A DNA stretch of 64,000 bases from Macrostomum hystrix (GCA_950097015.1 CATNEN010000024.1:3906001-3970000); one strand, 5' to 3'; shown: positions 51,130 to 60,824, counted from the stretch's first letter. The notes: generated by a model not told the origin, from the letters alone. Numbers and translations are program-made.

Positions 51130-52193
51130 GGGCTGATCCTGTTAAGGCCGCCACCTTCCTGAGACTACCGACGAGCGAGGTAGAGTGTGAGCGTCCCGAA
51201 CTAGCCTAAAGGAAGGCTACAACATACAACACATTGCTAATCCGGGCTGCATCTCGCTGCTTTTATATATTTTTTGTTAATTAAAAGTAAAGTACTTGTC
51301 TTCGTTCCTCGAACCCAGTTTCTGTTTAAGGCAGTGTTTTCACAGTGTACTCTTTGAGCACTCTTAAGTACTCGTACTCTGGTACTCTTTAAGGGCGTAG
51401 CAATAGAGTACTCTGGTATTCATTTAAAGTGCGTACTTTGAAGTGGGCGAGTACTTTTTAAAGTGCAACGCATTTCAGTCTGTCATCATCAATCCTAATT
51501 TTGTACTATATGAAAGTGTCAATAATCGCTGGTACATTAGTACATTCTCGCAACGTAAAATTAGTAGATTTATTATATGCATTTTAAAGATACCTTGCTT
51601 AGGAAATAACAGATATGTTATCAGTCCCATTAATTATACCCTACGTACTGAAGTAACACAACATAATATATATGGTAACGTGGCTTGATGGCACTGCTAA
51701 TGTGTGTGTCTGCCCATTCGTGTTGTTGCATGTACAAAACAAGTGCTGTTTGGATAAATCTTTCCTTTAATTATGTTTTACGTTTTTTGACAGATGGGCA
51801 TAGATAGACAGGTAGATAGATCTCATACTGTCTCTCTCACTCTCCGATTCTCCGCGCTCCCTCCCGCTGTTTTAATTTTGTTTATTTTGTTCCCTAATAA
51901 AAACAAAAATTCACCCTCTCCCTCCATATGGGGGTCCCACATTCGGCTGTCAGTCAGTCAAGGAGATATTAGCGCTCATCAAGATTTTGATACAGGAGTC
52001 AATGATGCAGTAGTCTGCTCTATTAAAGTGCTTCAGTGAGTATCCTCAGTACAAAGGCCGCTAAGTTTTGGAATATTTACAACGGTTTTTTGTTCATTTT
52101 ATTGGGTGACATGATCTGAAGTAAAAAATAATTTCGAAATATTGAGCATATAATGCACTTCGACCTGCTAAGGTGGCACACCTTCAATCTAGT
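51130..52193 (-). repeat. Right arm of the 1,064-bp inverted repeat pair
   Basis: Reverse complement of 41353-42416; identity ends at GGGCTGATCC (inner) and ATCTAGT (outer). Confidence 0.96.
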
Positions 52194-52706
52194 CTTAGTT
52201 GATTGTCTATGAATCACAGACAGAAACTTATTATATGACGAAGTGTCTTAATTTTTATCGTTCTAAAAACAATTAATTAAAATCTTGTATTGATCTGTAA
52301 GACGCTAATCACGCGAAGTGGCATTGATGGTTTTTGTCTCTGTTGACATTTAGTAAGCCTATTTGTCTCCAAACTTATGTATCATGGATGATTTTATATA
52401 TATATATATACTACAATAAATAGCAGCAAGCTTATCTTAAGCTTGCTAGTCAGCAATAGGTAGAAAATGTGAGTTTTTTCTCTATAGCAGTATTATTCAT
52501 CCCTTGACTGAAGTTAATGTTAATTTCTTTATTAAATACACACTTCAAATTTAAGCTAGTTAGTGGACCTAAATGTGAAATCGCTATGTTGTATATCAAG
52601 GGGCTAATTTCGAACTATAAATAAGTCTTATCTTGGTATTATACATAGCTATAGTCATATAGATATGGTATATTGGCATAATGGTAGTTTCTTTTTTTAA
52701 TTATTA

Positions 52707-53461
52707 TGTCGTAGGGCTCCTTACTTAAATCTTACAGCTGCCACTAAGTTGTCGTAGGCTCTCTCCTCTTTGGGTTTAAATATCACCGATACTCTTTTAT
52801 TAAATATTAACAATTGCTTATTTCACACCTTGAATTAACCTTTGAAATAACTCTTAATTTCCTTTGTCTATGACTTAGTTATTCTTCATAGGCTAGCTAT
52901 GTATCCTCTTATTACATATGCATATATTGCTTAACTTGGCCAGATAGGCTGCTTTCCTTCCAAAATTTGGTAGCGTTCTCACGAGTGTCCGAGCGGCAAG
53001 ACACTTCTTCCTCTCCTTACTTACTCACAACTGTCTGGCTCTCTGGTTTGTTCCCAGTCTTTCAAGGCTTCCAATGGACTGAAGTTGCCCAACTTTGCAC
53101 ACAGTGCTATTCACCAATCAGGATTTTACCCTCTGCTCTTTTGTTTTACACTCTACTACGGCTTTTTATAACTATCTCCTTCTTTATTCTTTCGAATATT
53201 CACCGACTTGTGTATTATCACAGACCTGCTTTTCTCCTTCTCTCTAAAATAATTGAATTCAAACACTTTGAGTTTTATTCTCCTTTGTTTTCTCAGAACT
53301 GGGCACGGGGCACCGGTTGGGGATTTTGGGCAAAACTGCATCTATATTTATAGCAAAATTGGGGTGGATGATACGGTGTATTATAACAAAATGAAAATCG
53401 GGAAAAAGCATTTGGCGGGAATTCAACTTATAATTCTACAATAAAATTTGGGCCTGCCTCA
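52707..53461 (-). repeat. 3' LTR
   Basis: Direct repeat of 60840-61594 (offset 8,133); minus-strand TATAAATA near 53345-53352 and AATAAA near 53275-53280. Confidence 0.97.
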
Positions 53462-53640
53462 ACTGGCTTCCCCTATATAAATTTTGGAATAAGAAATACA
53501 ACGCGTGACAAAATTTATAGTAATAATAGCATACATAAAAACGGGTAGCAAAATAGCATACACACAAAGTAAAACGGGTAGCAAAAATAGCACAATAAAA
53601 CGGGTGACAAATGTTATAGTAACACGGTTAGATTGTCCTT

Positions 53641-54855
53641 TTAAGAAAAGTAGCACTCCTCGGTCAGTCTTTCGTTGCGGGGCCATCCCACTGTGCTGGC
53701 CATCCACCTCAACTCAATGTTGAGAGGAATGCGATTTACTGGCAGTGGGCTGCGATTGATAACCTTCCGCGCATACTGCACAGCTCTCTTCCAGGCAGTT
53801 ATACAGTGCGCCCTTGAGAACTTCTCGCATAACACTCGCATGACGGAGTAAATTGCAGCTCGCTGTGGGTACCGCCGGTCGTTGTTGAATAGTCCAGCGT
53901 CCAGAATGTAGCCTTTCATGTGCCGAATCAGCCGTTTGAAATGCTCGTGCTGAGCATGTGGGATCTCCGCCATTGTTCGGGCGAATTCTTGGTTCTCCAC
54001 GGATTCCATGCTGGCATCGTCCTCGTCATCCATCGGTTGTGGCGACTGCTGCGACGGCTGCGGCTGTGGCTGCTGGTACAGAGGCTGCTGCTGTGGCGGC
54101 TGTTGCTGCGATGGCTGGGGCTGTTGCGACGGCTGCGACTGTGGCTGCTGGTACAAAGGCTGCTGTGGCTGCTGTTGCTGCGATGGCTGGGGCTGTTGCT
54201 GCTGCTGCGACGGCTGCGACTGTGGCTGCTGGTACAAAGGCTGCTGTGGCTGCTGTTGTTGAAAGTCAGTTCGATATCGGTACTGAATCGGTACCCTTTG
54301 CGCCTTTGGAGCTATTGGACGACCTTTAGGCTGTGGCTGCGGCTGAGGAACCGGCTTTGGGGCTATTGGCCGCTGTCCGGCCATACGTCGGCCCGGCTCC
54401 TGGCTCGGCGCAGCAATGACTTTGGTGGATCTAGCTCCTTCCATTCGTCCATCCTGAGCAGCTTCCGCTTCTGCCACCGGCGCAATCGCCTGCTGCCGGA
54501 GTAGATTAACTCTCGTGGTAGCATCGAGGAACACTGGCAGTCTTGAACTGGGCAGCTTTCTCTTACTGGCGACTCCTTCCTGTACCGATGTGGCAGCTCG
54601 CTTCTGGCTGTTTGCCCTCGACTGCTGGCCAACCATAGACGGTTGCGTCCTCTGCCGCAATGGCGCCTCGAGTTCTTCCGACTCATCGATAATTGCTTGA
54701 ACAATATCTACTTCGCCATCTCCGGCTTCCTTATTCTTAGTCTGCTCTGCTCTGTCAGGTTCGACATTCTCGCTGTCCGAAAAATCCACGGTAACAGCTT
54801 CTAATAGCTTCTCGAATTCACTTACGCTCATGGCGGCTTCTTTATCTTGTTCCAT
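53641..54855 (-). CDS. Gypsy accessory ORF3, ~404 aa from the first ATG (54855): acidic N-terminus, Q/P-rich repeats, helical C-terminal domain; not env-like
   Basis: Uninterrupted ORF between pol and the 3' LTR, same strand as gag-pol; QQQPQQPLYQQPQSQPS repeats; no signal peptide or transmembrane segment visible. Confidence 0.8.
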   Translation of the reverse strand: MEQDKEAAMSVSEFEKLLEAVTVDFSDSENVEPDRAEQTKNKEAGDGEVDIVQAIIDESEELEAPLRQRTQPSMVGQQSRANSQKRAATSVQEGVASKRKLPSSRLPVFLDATTRVNLLRQQAIAPVAEAEAAQDGRMEGARSTKVIAAPSQEPGRRMAGQRPIAPKPVPQPQPQPKGRPIAPKAQRVPIQYRYRTDFQQQQPQQPLYQQPQSQPSQQQQQPQPSQQQQPQQPLYQQPQSQPSQQPQPSQQQPPQQQPLYQQPQPQPSQQSPQPMDDEDDASMESVENQEFARTMAEIPHAQHEHFKRLIRHMKGYILDAGLFNNDRRYPQRAAIYSVMRVLCEKFSRAHCITAWKRAVQYARKVINRSPLPVNRIPLNIELRWMASTVGWPRNERLTEECYFS

Positions 54856-54930
54856 TGCGGACTTGCTTTCTTTGTCAGTATGACTTCTCTCTCTCTCTCT
54901 GTATGTTTGTTTGCCTTCCCAGGGCACTGG

Positions 54931-55011
54931 TTCATATAGGCGTGAGGCTGACGCGCATCATTGTGTCTCAGATTTCATTGGGCTATACTGGCTTATTCTT
55001 AATCCTATTGG
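54931..55011 (-). promoter_or_regulatory. Candidate internal promoter for ORF3
   Basis: On the minus strand: CCAAT (55007-55011), CCAAT (54977-54981), near-palindrome TGATGCGCGTCA (54949-54960), TATATGAA (54931-54938), ~75 nt upstream of the ATG; motif match only. Confidence 0.35.
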
Positions 55012-55130
55012 ATCCCTACTTGATTTCAATTAACCCCTACCTAATTGACTGGAAGTGGCTAACCCCTACTCCCTTTCTATCCCTTGCACGTGGTTTCCTT
55101 GTGTTACTATTGCGTCACCCCAATCTCTGC

Positions 55131-58100
55131 CTAGATCTGTAAATTCCCAAGTATACTGAACACGGTGGCAAGCCTCTGCAAATAGCCTTCAAACCTCGCG
55201 GGGGGTCTGATTTGTCTGCGCGGACGGCTTGTCACTCCTTCCCTTTCTTCATTCTGTGCAATGTACATGCCTCCTTCTGAGGTGGCTGTCGCCAGACCCT
55301 CAGCTGTCCCTTCGCTTTCGCTCTCCTCTTCACTGCTCGTAGCCTCAGGCTCGGTGTGTGATTCATCCTCAACTTCTATCTCAGCTCCTAACTCCAAATC
55401 TTCTCCATTAATTTCACTTGGATTCCTCCTAAAGTGACATTGCCATTCTAATCTGTCTTCTTCCTCTTCGGATTCATCTTCCTCTGTTAGAACAAATCTT
55501 CCCTTCTCCTTCGGCTGGCTTCCCCTAACTTTGACCTCTGTCTTCTTAGCTTTCTTCTCTGGTGCGGCCTGGCTTCCCCTAATTAATTCCTCTTGGGTTG
55601 AATTAGGCACAATAGTTATGTTGTCTCTATGGACAATCATGATATTGCCTACTAACTGTCCTTGCTCCTCTTTTTGCACTCGAAATACTACCTCTGATAT
55701 TTGCTCTATTACTCTGAAGGCTGATCTCTTTTTCCTATGAAATTTGTGAGATTCCTCACTGTCCAACTGTGGATTATTGATCAATACTAGACTTCCAACT
55801 GGGACTGTCTTAGGCAATTTGCTGTTTTTCGCAGACTCTTGTCTGTTACTGACAACCTTCTCCAATTTTCTTTTGACAATGTCTCTCGCAATCTTCAGCC
55901 GTTCGGCATGTTCTGTCACATAAGATGGATAACTGGCGAATGACTTTGGTTGGCTGATTTGACTGTCCATAGGCAATACTGCTTCCCGTCCAAATAACAG
56001 GTAGTGGGGAGTAAAGCCTGTGGTTTTGTTTACACTAGTGCGGACAGCAACTAATGCAGCTGGGATCATAAGGTCCCAATCACTGTGATCTTTCTCAATG
56101 AGACAGGTTACTATTGATTTAATTTGCTTGTTAAATCTCTCCACCAATCCATTGCTTTGGGCATGGTAGGGTGTTGTAAACGTATGCTTCACGTTATACA
56201 TTTCGCAAAAAGCTTTGAACTGCTTGCTAGCGAATGCCTTGCCATTGTCTGTGTGTAACCACTGACATTGCCCATACTCTGCGAAGATTCTTTCCTGTAA
56301 GATTTTGATCACAGTATCTGACTTTTGATTTCTAGTAGGGAATGCGAACGGATATCGAGTGGTGCTATCCACAATAGTTAGGACATACTTGTGCCCTCTT
56401 TTGCTCTCTTTGGATAGTGGGCCTATAAAATCGACATGCAGGCGATGGAAAGGTTCACTGATAGGGAACGATTGCACTGGCGCCTGAATCGGGTTTCCTC
56501 TCTTGCTTTCCAGGCACGGAATACACTCTGCGATATGAGCTTCCACTGCTTTGACCAATCCTGGTCTCCAAAATCTCTGCCTGACACGTTGAATTGTTTT
56601 ATCGCGTCCCAAATGTCCTGCTAGTGGGCTATCATGCAGATCGCTGAGAACTAGCTTATCCAAGGACTGGGGCAGTACAACTTTCCAACTGTCATCTTCG
56701 CTAATGATTAGCATCTCATTCTCTACCTTCATATCCTCAAAGAATTTCCTCATCTTCTTCAATTCTGGGCTGACAATTTCAGGTAACTGGGGATTGTTCT
56801 CTCCTGATTTCTTCCATTCAATTAGCACTTTAATTACTGGGTCATCTCTTTGTGACGCAATAATTTGCTCTCGTTTCAATGGGCTGGGTAAGAAATCGGT
56901 CAATAACTTCTCGCACTTGCTACTTGTTGCTTGCAGCATATTCTCACTCTCACTAGGATTAAATTCTTCAGGAACTGGACTCGGAAGCGGAATGCTGGAG
57001 TCATGTTCAAGTTCACTGGGAATTCTCACCTCTCCTTGTCCTGAGATAGTAGACTGGATCCTGCTATTGGGATCTAACGTCTTTTTCTCTCCTTCACTTA
57101 GGGCAGTCTGGGGCTGTGTCAAGCTATATAAGCTATCATTAGCCTTGACTTCCTGTCCTGACTCTTCCATTACACTGCAGCTTTGCACTATCGGCTCAAT
57201 AACTTGCTCTGCTTCAGGGACATCAGCTGGTCTTCTTGACAGACTGTCAGCGTTCTGGTTCTTTGCACCGCTTCTGTGTTCTATATCAAACGAGAATTCG
57301 TTTAGGCGCTCGACCCACCGACCAAGAATTCCTTGAGCTTCTGTTTGCCTTAACAGCCAAATTATCGCCTTATGATCTGTTCTTGCCAAAAACTTCTTGC
57401 CTAACAGGTAGAAACGGAAATGCCTCATGGCATCCACTAGGGCTAAGAGTTCTTTTCTAGTGATAGGGTAGCGTTTTTCCGACTCTTTCATAGCTCGGCT
57501 GAAATAAGCTATAGGTCTCTCTATGCCATCTGATTGGATCTGGCTAAGTACAGCGCCAATACGGCTATCACTTGCATCGGTATCCAATACCATCTTCACC
57601 TTCTCGTCATCCACAAATTCGGGATACGCTAAGACTTCAGTGGACATCATCCGGTTCTTTAGCGACTCAAACGCTTCGTCATGCTCTTTGCTCCATCTCT
57701 CTTGAAAGTTCTTAATTCCTTTCCTTGTTAGCTGGAAAAGGGGATGGGCAGCTTCTGCATAATTTTTAATGAAGCGGCTATAGTAATTACATAGGCCAAG
57801 GAAACTGCGTAGCTCCTTCACATCTTTTGGCTTCGGCCAGGTCTTGATTGCTTCAATCTTCGTCTCATCCGTACGGATACCTTCTGTACTGATCACATGT
57901 CCTAAGTACTTTAACTCTCTATGAAAAAGGTTACATTTCTTTGGCCTTAGCTTCAATCCTGCGATTATTAATCTCTTGAACACTTCCTTTAGATGGGAAA
58001 GGTGGTCATTAAAGTTCTTCGAATAGGTAACTATATCGTCTATATACGACATAGCAAATTGATGTTGAATCCCTAAAAGTACAAGATTCATGAGCCTTTG

Positions 58101-59879
58101 GAATGTTCCTGGGGCATTCGATAAACCTTGTGCCATAACCTCATACTCAAACTGTCCTCGGGTTAGAGTAGAGGAGGCGGTCATGAACTTGTGTTCTTCC
58201 TTTATCGGCACCTGCCAATAACCAGAATTCAAATCGAGACTACTAAAGTACTGACTGCCTGATAAATAGGTGAAAGTCTGGTGGATGTTAGGAAGCGGAT
58301 ACGGAACATAGTTCACCTTCGAGTTTAACACTCTGAAATCACTTACAATCCGTATGGATCCGTCCTTTTTCGGCACAATGACTAGTGGTGTAGAATAAGT
58401 TGAATAACTGGGCCTGATTAAATTTTTAGCCAACATGTCATCCAACTGTGTGTCGACTTGCTTTTGGAGATGGGGTGGTATTCTCCTAGTTGGGATCCTC
58501 ACGGGAGTCTCATCCTTCAGTGAGATCTCATGTGTGATCAGATGGGTTAAACCCATATCCAACTCATTCTGTGAAAAAGCTTCACGATGCTCTTTCATCA
58601 ATTCAATCACTGACTTCCTTTGATCATCGGTAAGATCTTGACCAATCTTGACCTCATGGATCCACGCATCTTCCACAGTCTGTGTCTGATTGACTCGTCC
58701 GGTAGGTTGACTGACTACTTCTTTTTCCTCTTTGAAATACTTCAGCTCACTTGCTTTCACTGGTTTGGCTAGGCCTACCAATGTTGACTTCGACAGCTTC
58801 ACTTCAACTGGATTGTTATTCACAATCTCCACAATGGCGGAACCTTCTCGCATTGTGACTAGAGTGGGAGCCATCTCGACTGTCAATTCTTTGGCTTTTA
58901 CGCCTTCGCCAATCATACTCACTGTCATAGGTGTTCCAAAATTGCACTCGGCATCTCTCGCCAATCTCACTGGGATTCTCAACGCACTATTTGCAGGAAT
59001 CACTACTTTCTCCTGAGTATACACTCTGCATACTTTTACAGGTAGATGAGTGAACTGCATAGGAATGCTTGCTCCTTCATTTAGAATCAACATGCCTTTA
59101 GCAAGATGAATGCTATCACAATGTCCTAGGAAAAATTCCATTCCTAAGATATTGTCGCTCTCATGTCCACACAAAAGGAATTCTATTTCTATCTGGATGT
59201 CTCCGAATCTGACTGGAATACAACTCTCGCCTTCCAATTGTACTCTGGTTCCGTCGAAAGTAGAGACTCGCTTGTCTGTACTTCTTATCTGTTCTGGCTT
59301 AAGTAATTTTGACCAAATAGATTTGCTCAAAAAGCTGTTCCTAGCCCCTGTGTCTAGGATAAAATTAATTTCCTGATTCTTAAATTTTCCTACAATTACA
59401 GCTTCAAATCCTTCAGGTTTAATAAGTTCTAGCTTAGAATTAGAAACAAATACTTTGCGTTTGTTCTCACGTGTCCTTGAGTATTTTCCAGATGTTGCGG
59501 CGGCTGATCTCGGTGCTGATACTTCGGAAGCTGGTTCCTCCAGGACTGACATGCAGGGGGCTGACGCAATGGTTGCTGATACAGATGCCGCTGGGGCTAA
59601 CGCAATGGGTGCTGACGCAGATGGTGCTGACGCAATGGGTGCTGACGCAGATGGTGCTAACGCAGATGGTGCTAACGCAAATGGTGCTGACGCAGATGGT
59701 GCTGACGCAATAGGTGCTGACGCAGATGGTGCTGACGCAGGGTAACTCGATTGCTTTTGTGCATTACGCAAATTCGACGACTGGGCTTGGTATCGCCGAT
59801 TCTTAGAGGCCTGAGGTTCGAATCGGGGTTTACTAGAGGGGCGCGGCCTCGACTCTCGTCCCTCGATATTCAGTTTCCC
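55131..59879 (-). CDS. pol: Gypsy Pol (protease, RT, RNase H, integrase), in the -1 frame relative to gag
   Basis: LDTG protease, YIDD RT, DTDAS/ELLA RNase H, GHLG zinc finger, LHVDFIGPL / TDNG / NGLVERFN DDE integrase; frame open from the slippery site at 59879 to the stop at 55131. Confidence 0.97.
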   Translation of the reverse strand, partial: GKLNIEGRESRPRPSSKPRFEPQASKNRRYQAQSSNLRNAQKQSSYPASAPSASAPIASAPSASAPFALAPSALAPSASAPIASAPSASAPIALAPAASVSATIASAPCMSVLEEPASEVSAPRSAAATSGKYSRTRENKRKVFVSNSKLELIKPEGFEAVIVGKFKNQEINFILDTGARNSFLSKSIWSKLLKPEQIRSTDKRVSTFDGTRVQLEGESCIPVRFGDIQIEIEFLLCGHESDNILGMEFFLGHCDSIHLAKGMLILNEGASIPMQFTHLPVKVCRVYTQEKVVIPANSALRIPVRLARDAECNFGTPMTVSMIGEGVKAKELTVEMAPTLVTMREGSAIVEIVNNNPVEVKLSKSTLVGLAKPVKASELKYFKEEKEVVSQPTGRVNQTQTVEDAWIHEVKIGQDLTDDQRKSVIELMKEHREAFSQNELDMGLTHLITHEISLKDETPVRIPTRRIPPHLQKQVDTQLDDMLAKNLIRPSYSTYSTPLVIVPKKDGSIRIVSDFRVLNSKVNYVPYPLPNIHQTFTYLSGSQYFSSLDLNSGYWQVPIKEEHKFMTASSTLTRGQFEYEVMAQGLSNAPGTFQRLMNLVLLGIQHQFAMSYIDDIVTYSKNFNDHLSHLKEVFKRLIIAGLKLRPKKCNLFHRELKYLGHVISTEGIRTDETKIEAIKTWPKPKDVKELRSFLGLCNYYSRFIKNYAEAAHPLFQLTRKGIKNFQERWSKEHDEAFESLKNRMMSTEVLAYPEFVDDEKVKMVLDTDASDSRIGAVLSQIQSDGIERPIAYFSRAMKESEKRYPITRKELLALVDAMRHFRFYLLGKKFLARTDHKAIIWLLRQTEAQGILGRWVERLNEFSFDIEHRSGAKNQNADSLSRRPADVPEAEQVIEPIVQSCSVMEESGQEVKANDSLYSLTQPQTALSEGEKKTLDPNSRIQSTISGQGEVRIPSELEHDSSIPLPSPVPEEFNPSESENMLQATSSKCEKLLTDFLPSPLKREQIIASQRDDPVIKVLIEWKKSGENNPQLPEIVSPELKKMRKFFEDMKVENEMLIISEDDSWKVVLPQSLDKLVLSDLHDSPLAGHLGRDKTIQRVRQRFWRPGLVKAVEAHIAECIPCLESKRGNPIQAPVQSFPISEPFHRLHVDFIGPLSKESKRGHKYVLTIVDSTTRYPFAFPTRNQKSDTVIKILQERIFAEYGQCQWLHTDNGKAFASKQFKAFCEMYNVKHTFTTPYHAQSNGLVERFNKQIKSIVTCLIEKDHSDWDLMIPAALVAVRTSVNKTTGFTPHYLLFGREAVLPMDSQISQPKSFASYPSYVTEHAERLKIARDIVKRKLEKVVSNRQESAKNSKLPKTVPVGSLVLINNPQLDSEESHKFHRKKRSAFRVIEQISEVVFRVQKEEQGQLVGNIMIVHRDNITIVPNSTQEELIRGSQAAPEKKAKKTEVKVRGSQPKEKGRFVLTEEDESEEEEDRLEWQCHFRRNPSEINGEDLELGAEIEVEDESHTEPEATSSEEESESEGTAEGLATATSEGGMYIAQNEEREGVTSRPRRQIRPPARFEGYLQRLATVFSILGNLQI

Positions 59880-60769
59880 TGATATCGGTACTGCTGCTGC
59901 TGCTGTGAGCTCTTGCAGTACTTGGCAATATGCCCAACTTTGTTACAGTTAAAACATGTCGGCGGAGGCCTCGACTGTTGCTGCGGCTTCAGGTACGTCT
60001 TCGGCTGCATGAGCGGCTGAGGTGTTACTCTCTGGCATTCAGCCTTCCTCCTTTCCTGAATCAGGTCTTCAATCAGCTTCTTCTGTTTATTGATTTCATA
60101 CTTCTGCCTCTCGATGGTCTCCTCCATCTTCTTATTCCGATCCTCGTCGAATTGCTCGTCTTTAACAACTCGAACTCCACTCTTGTGTGACATATGCCAC
60201 GCTGCTTCGATGCGTCTCAACATCCTTCTAGCCTCTTGCAGGCTGGCTGGCTGTGCAAATATTAACTTTTCCCTAGTGTCGGAAGGGATTCTCGCTCCTT
60301 TAATGAACTGCTCTACTACTTCCTCCTCCCTCTGTTCTGCATTCATATTGGGGAATGCTTGCGCGGACAACTCAATCAAGGCATCTGCGAATGAGTCAAC
60401 GGGCTCATTCCTCCCTTGCATTCTACCTCTAAATTCCTCCCTAAACTCGGCTGAGCTTCCTAGTCTTCCGAATCTTTCGATTAGTCTTTCCTTCAACTCC
60501 TCATACGTTAAGTCTTCTGGCAGATTCAACCGCTGAACGGCTGCAAATGCGGTCGCGAGGTCTAGATTAGCTAACAGCTCATTCTTCCTATGTTCATCCT
60601 GTTCTAATCCTTCATTGTCGCATCTCTGATCAAATGCTTTGAGCCAAATTCTGATGTCCTGGCTAGGTGTGTACTTTTGGATCTTTACGTGTCTCATGGG
60701 TCCTAATTCTAGTCTATTTCTTAATTCTTCTGCTAACAAGCCAATAGCATCATTAATTCCTGCGGCCAT
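59870..60769 (-). CDS. gag: Gypsy Gag, 299 aa, with a CCHC zinc knuckle
   Basis: CFNCNKVGHIAKYC; capsid-like helical region; ATG 67 nt downstream of the PBS start. Confidence 0.95.
   Translation of the reverse strand: MAAGINDAIGLLAEELRNRLELGPMRHVKIQKYTPSQDIRIWLKAFDQRCDNEGLEQDEHRKNELLANLDLATAFAAVQRLNLPEDLTYEELKERLIERFGRLGSSAEFREEFRGRMQGRNEPVDSFADALIELSAQAFPNMNAEQREEEVVEQFIKGARIPSDTREKLIFAQPASLQEARRMLRRIEAAWHMSHKSGVRVVKDEQFDEDRNKKMEETIERQKYEINKQKKLIEDLIQERRKAECQRVTPQPLMQPKTYLKPQQQSRPPPTCFNCNKVGHIAKYCKSSQQQQQYRYQGN
59873..59879 (-). promoter_or_regulatory. -1 ribosomal frameshift slippery heptamer G GGA AAC
   Basis: Correct X XXY YYZ phase in the gag frame, immediately before the gag TGA; the -1 frame is the pol frame. 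Confidence 0.85.
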
Positions 60770-60824
60770 ACCTTTATCTAACTTTCAAACTGACTGTGTG
60801 CTTTAGCTGGATTCCAATCCTTTA

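Noticed and set aside
41353-52193. DIRS, Polinton or Academ identity for the inverted-repeat element
   Set aside because: No RT, tyrosine recombinase, polymerase, integrase or transposase ORF inside; with TAG..CTA termini the flanks (AAAC / GTCT) are not a direct repeat
52967-53444. 128-, 61- and 63-aa ORFs duplicated at 61100-61577
   Set aside because: They lie inside the LTRs and are duplicated only for that reason; no coding signature
54008-54262. Cys/Gly-rich metallothionein-like plus-strand ORF
   Set aside because: It is the antisense reading of the CAG/CCG repeats encoding ORF3's Q/P tract; a compositional artefact
53641-54855. ORF3 as an env gene
   Set aside because: No hydrophobic signal peptide, fusion peptide or C-terminal TM helix seen
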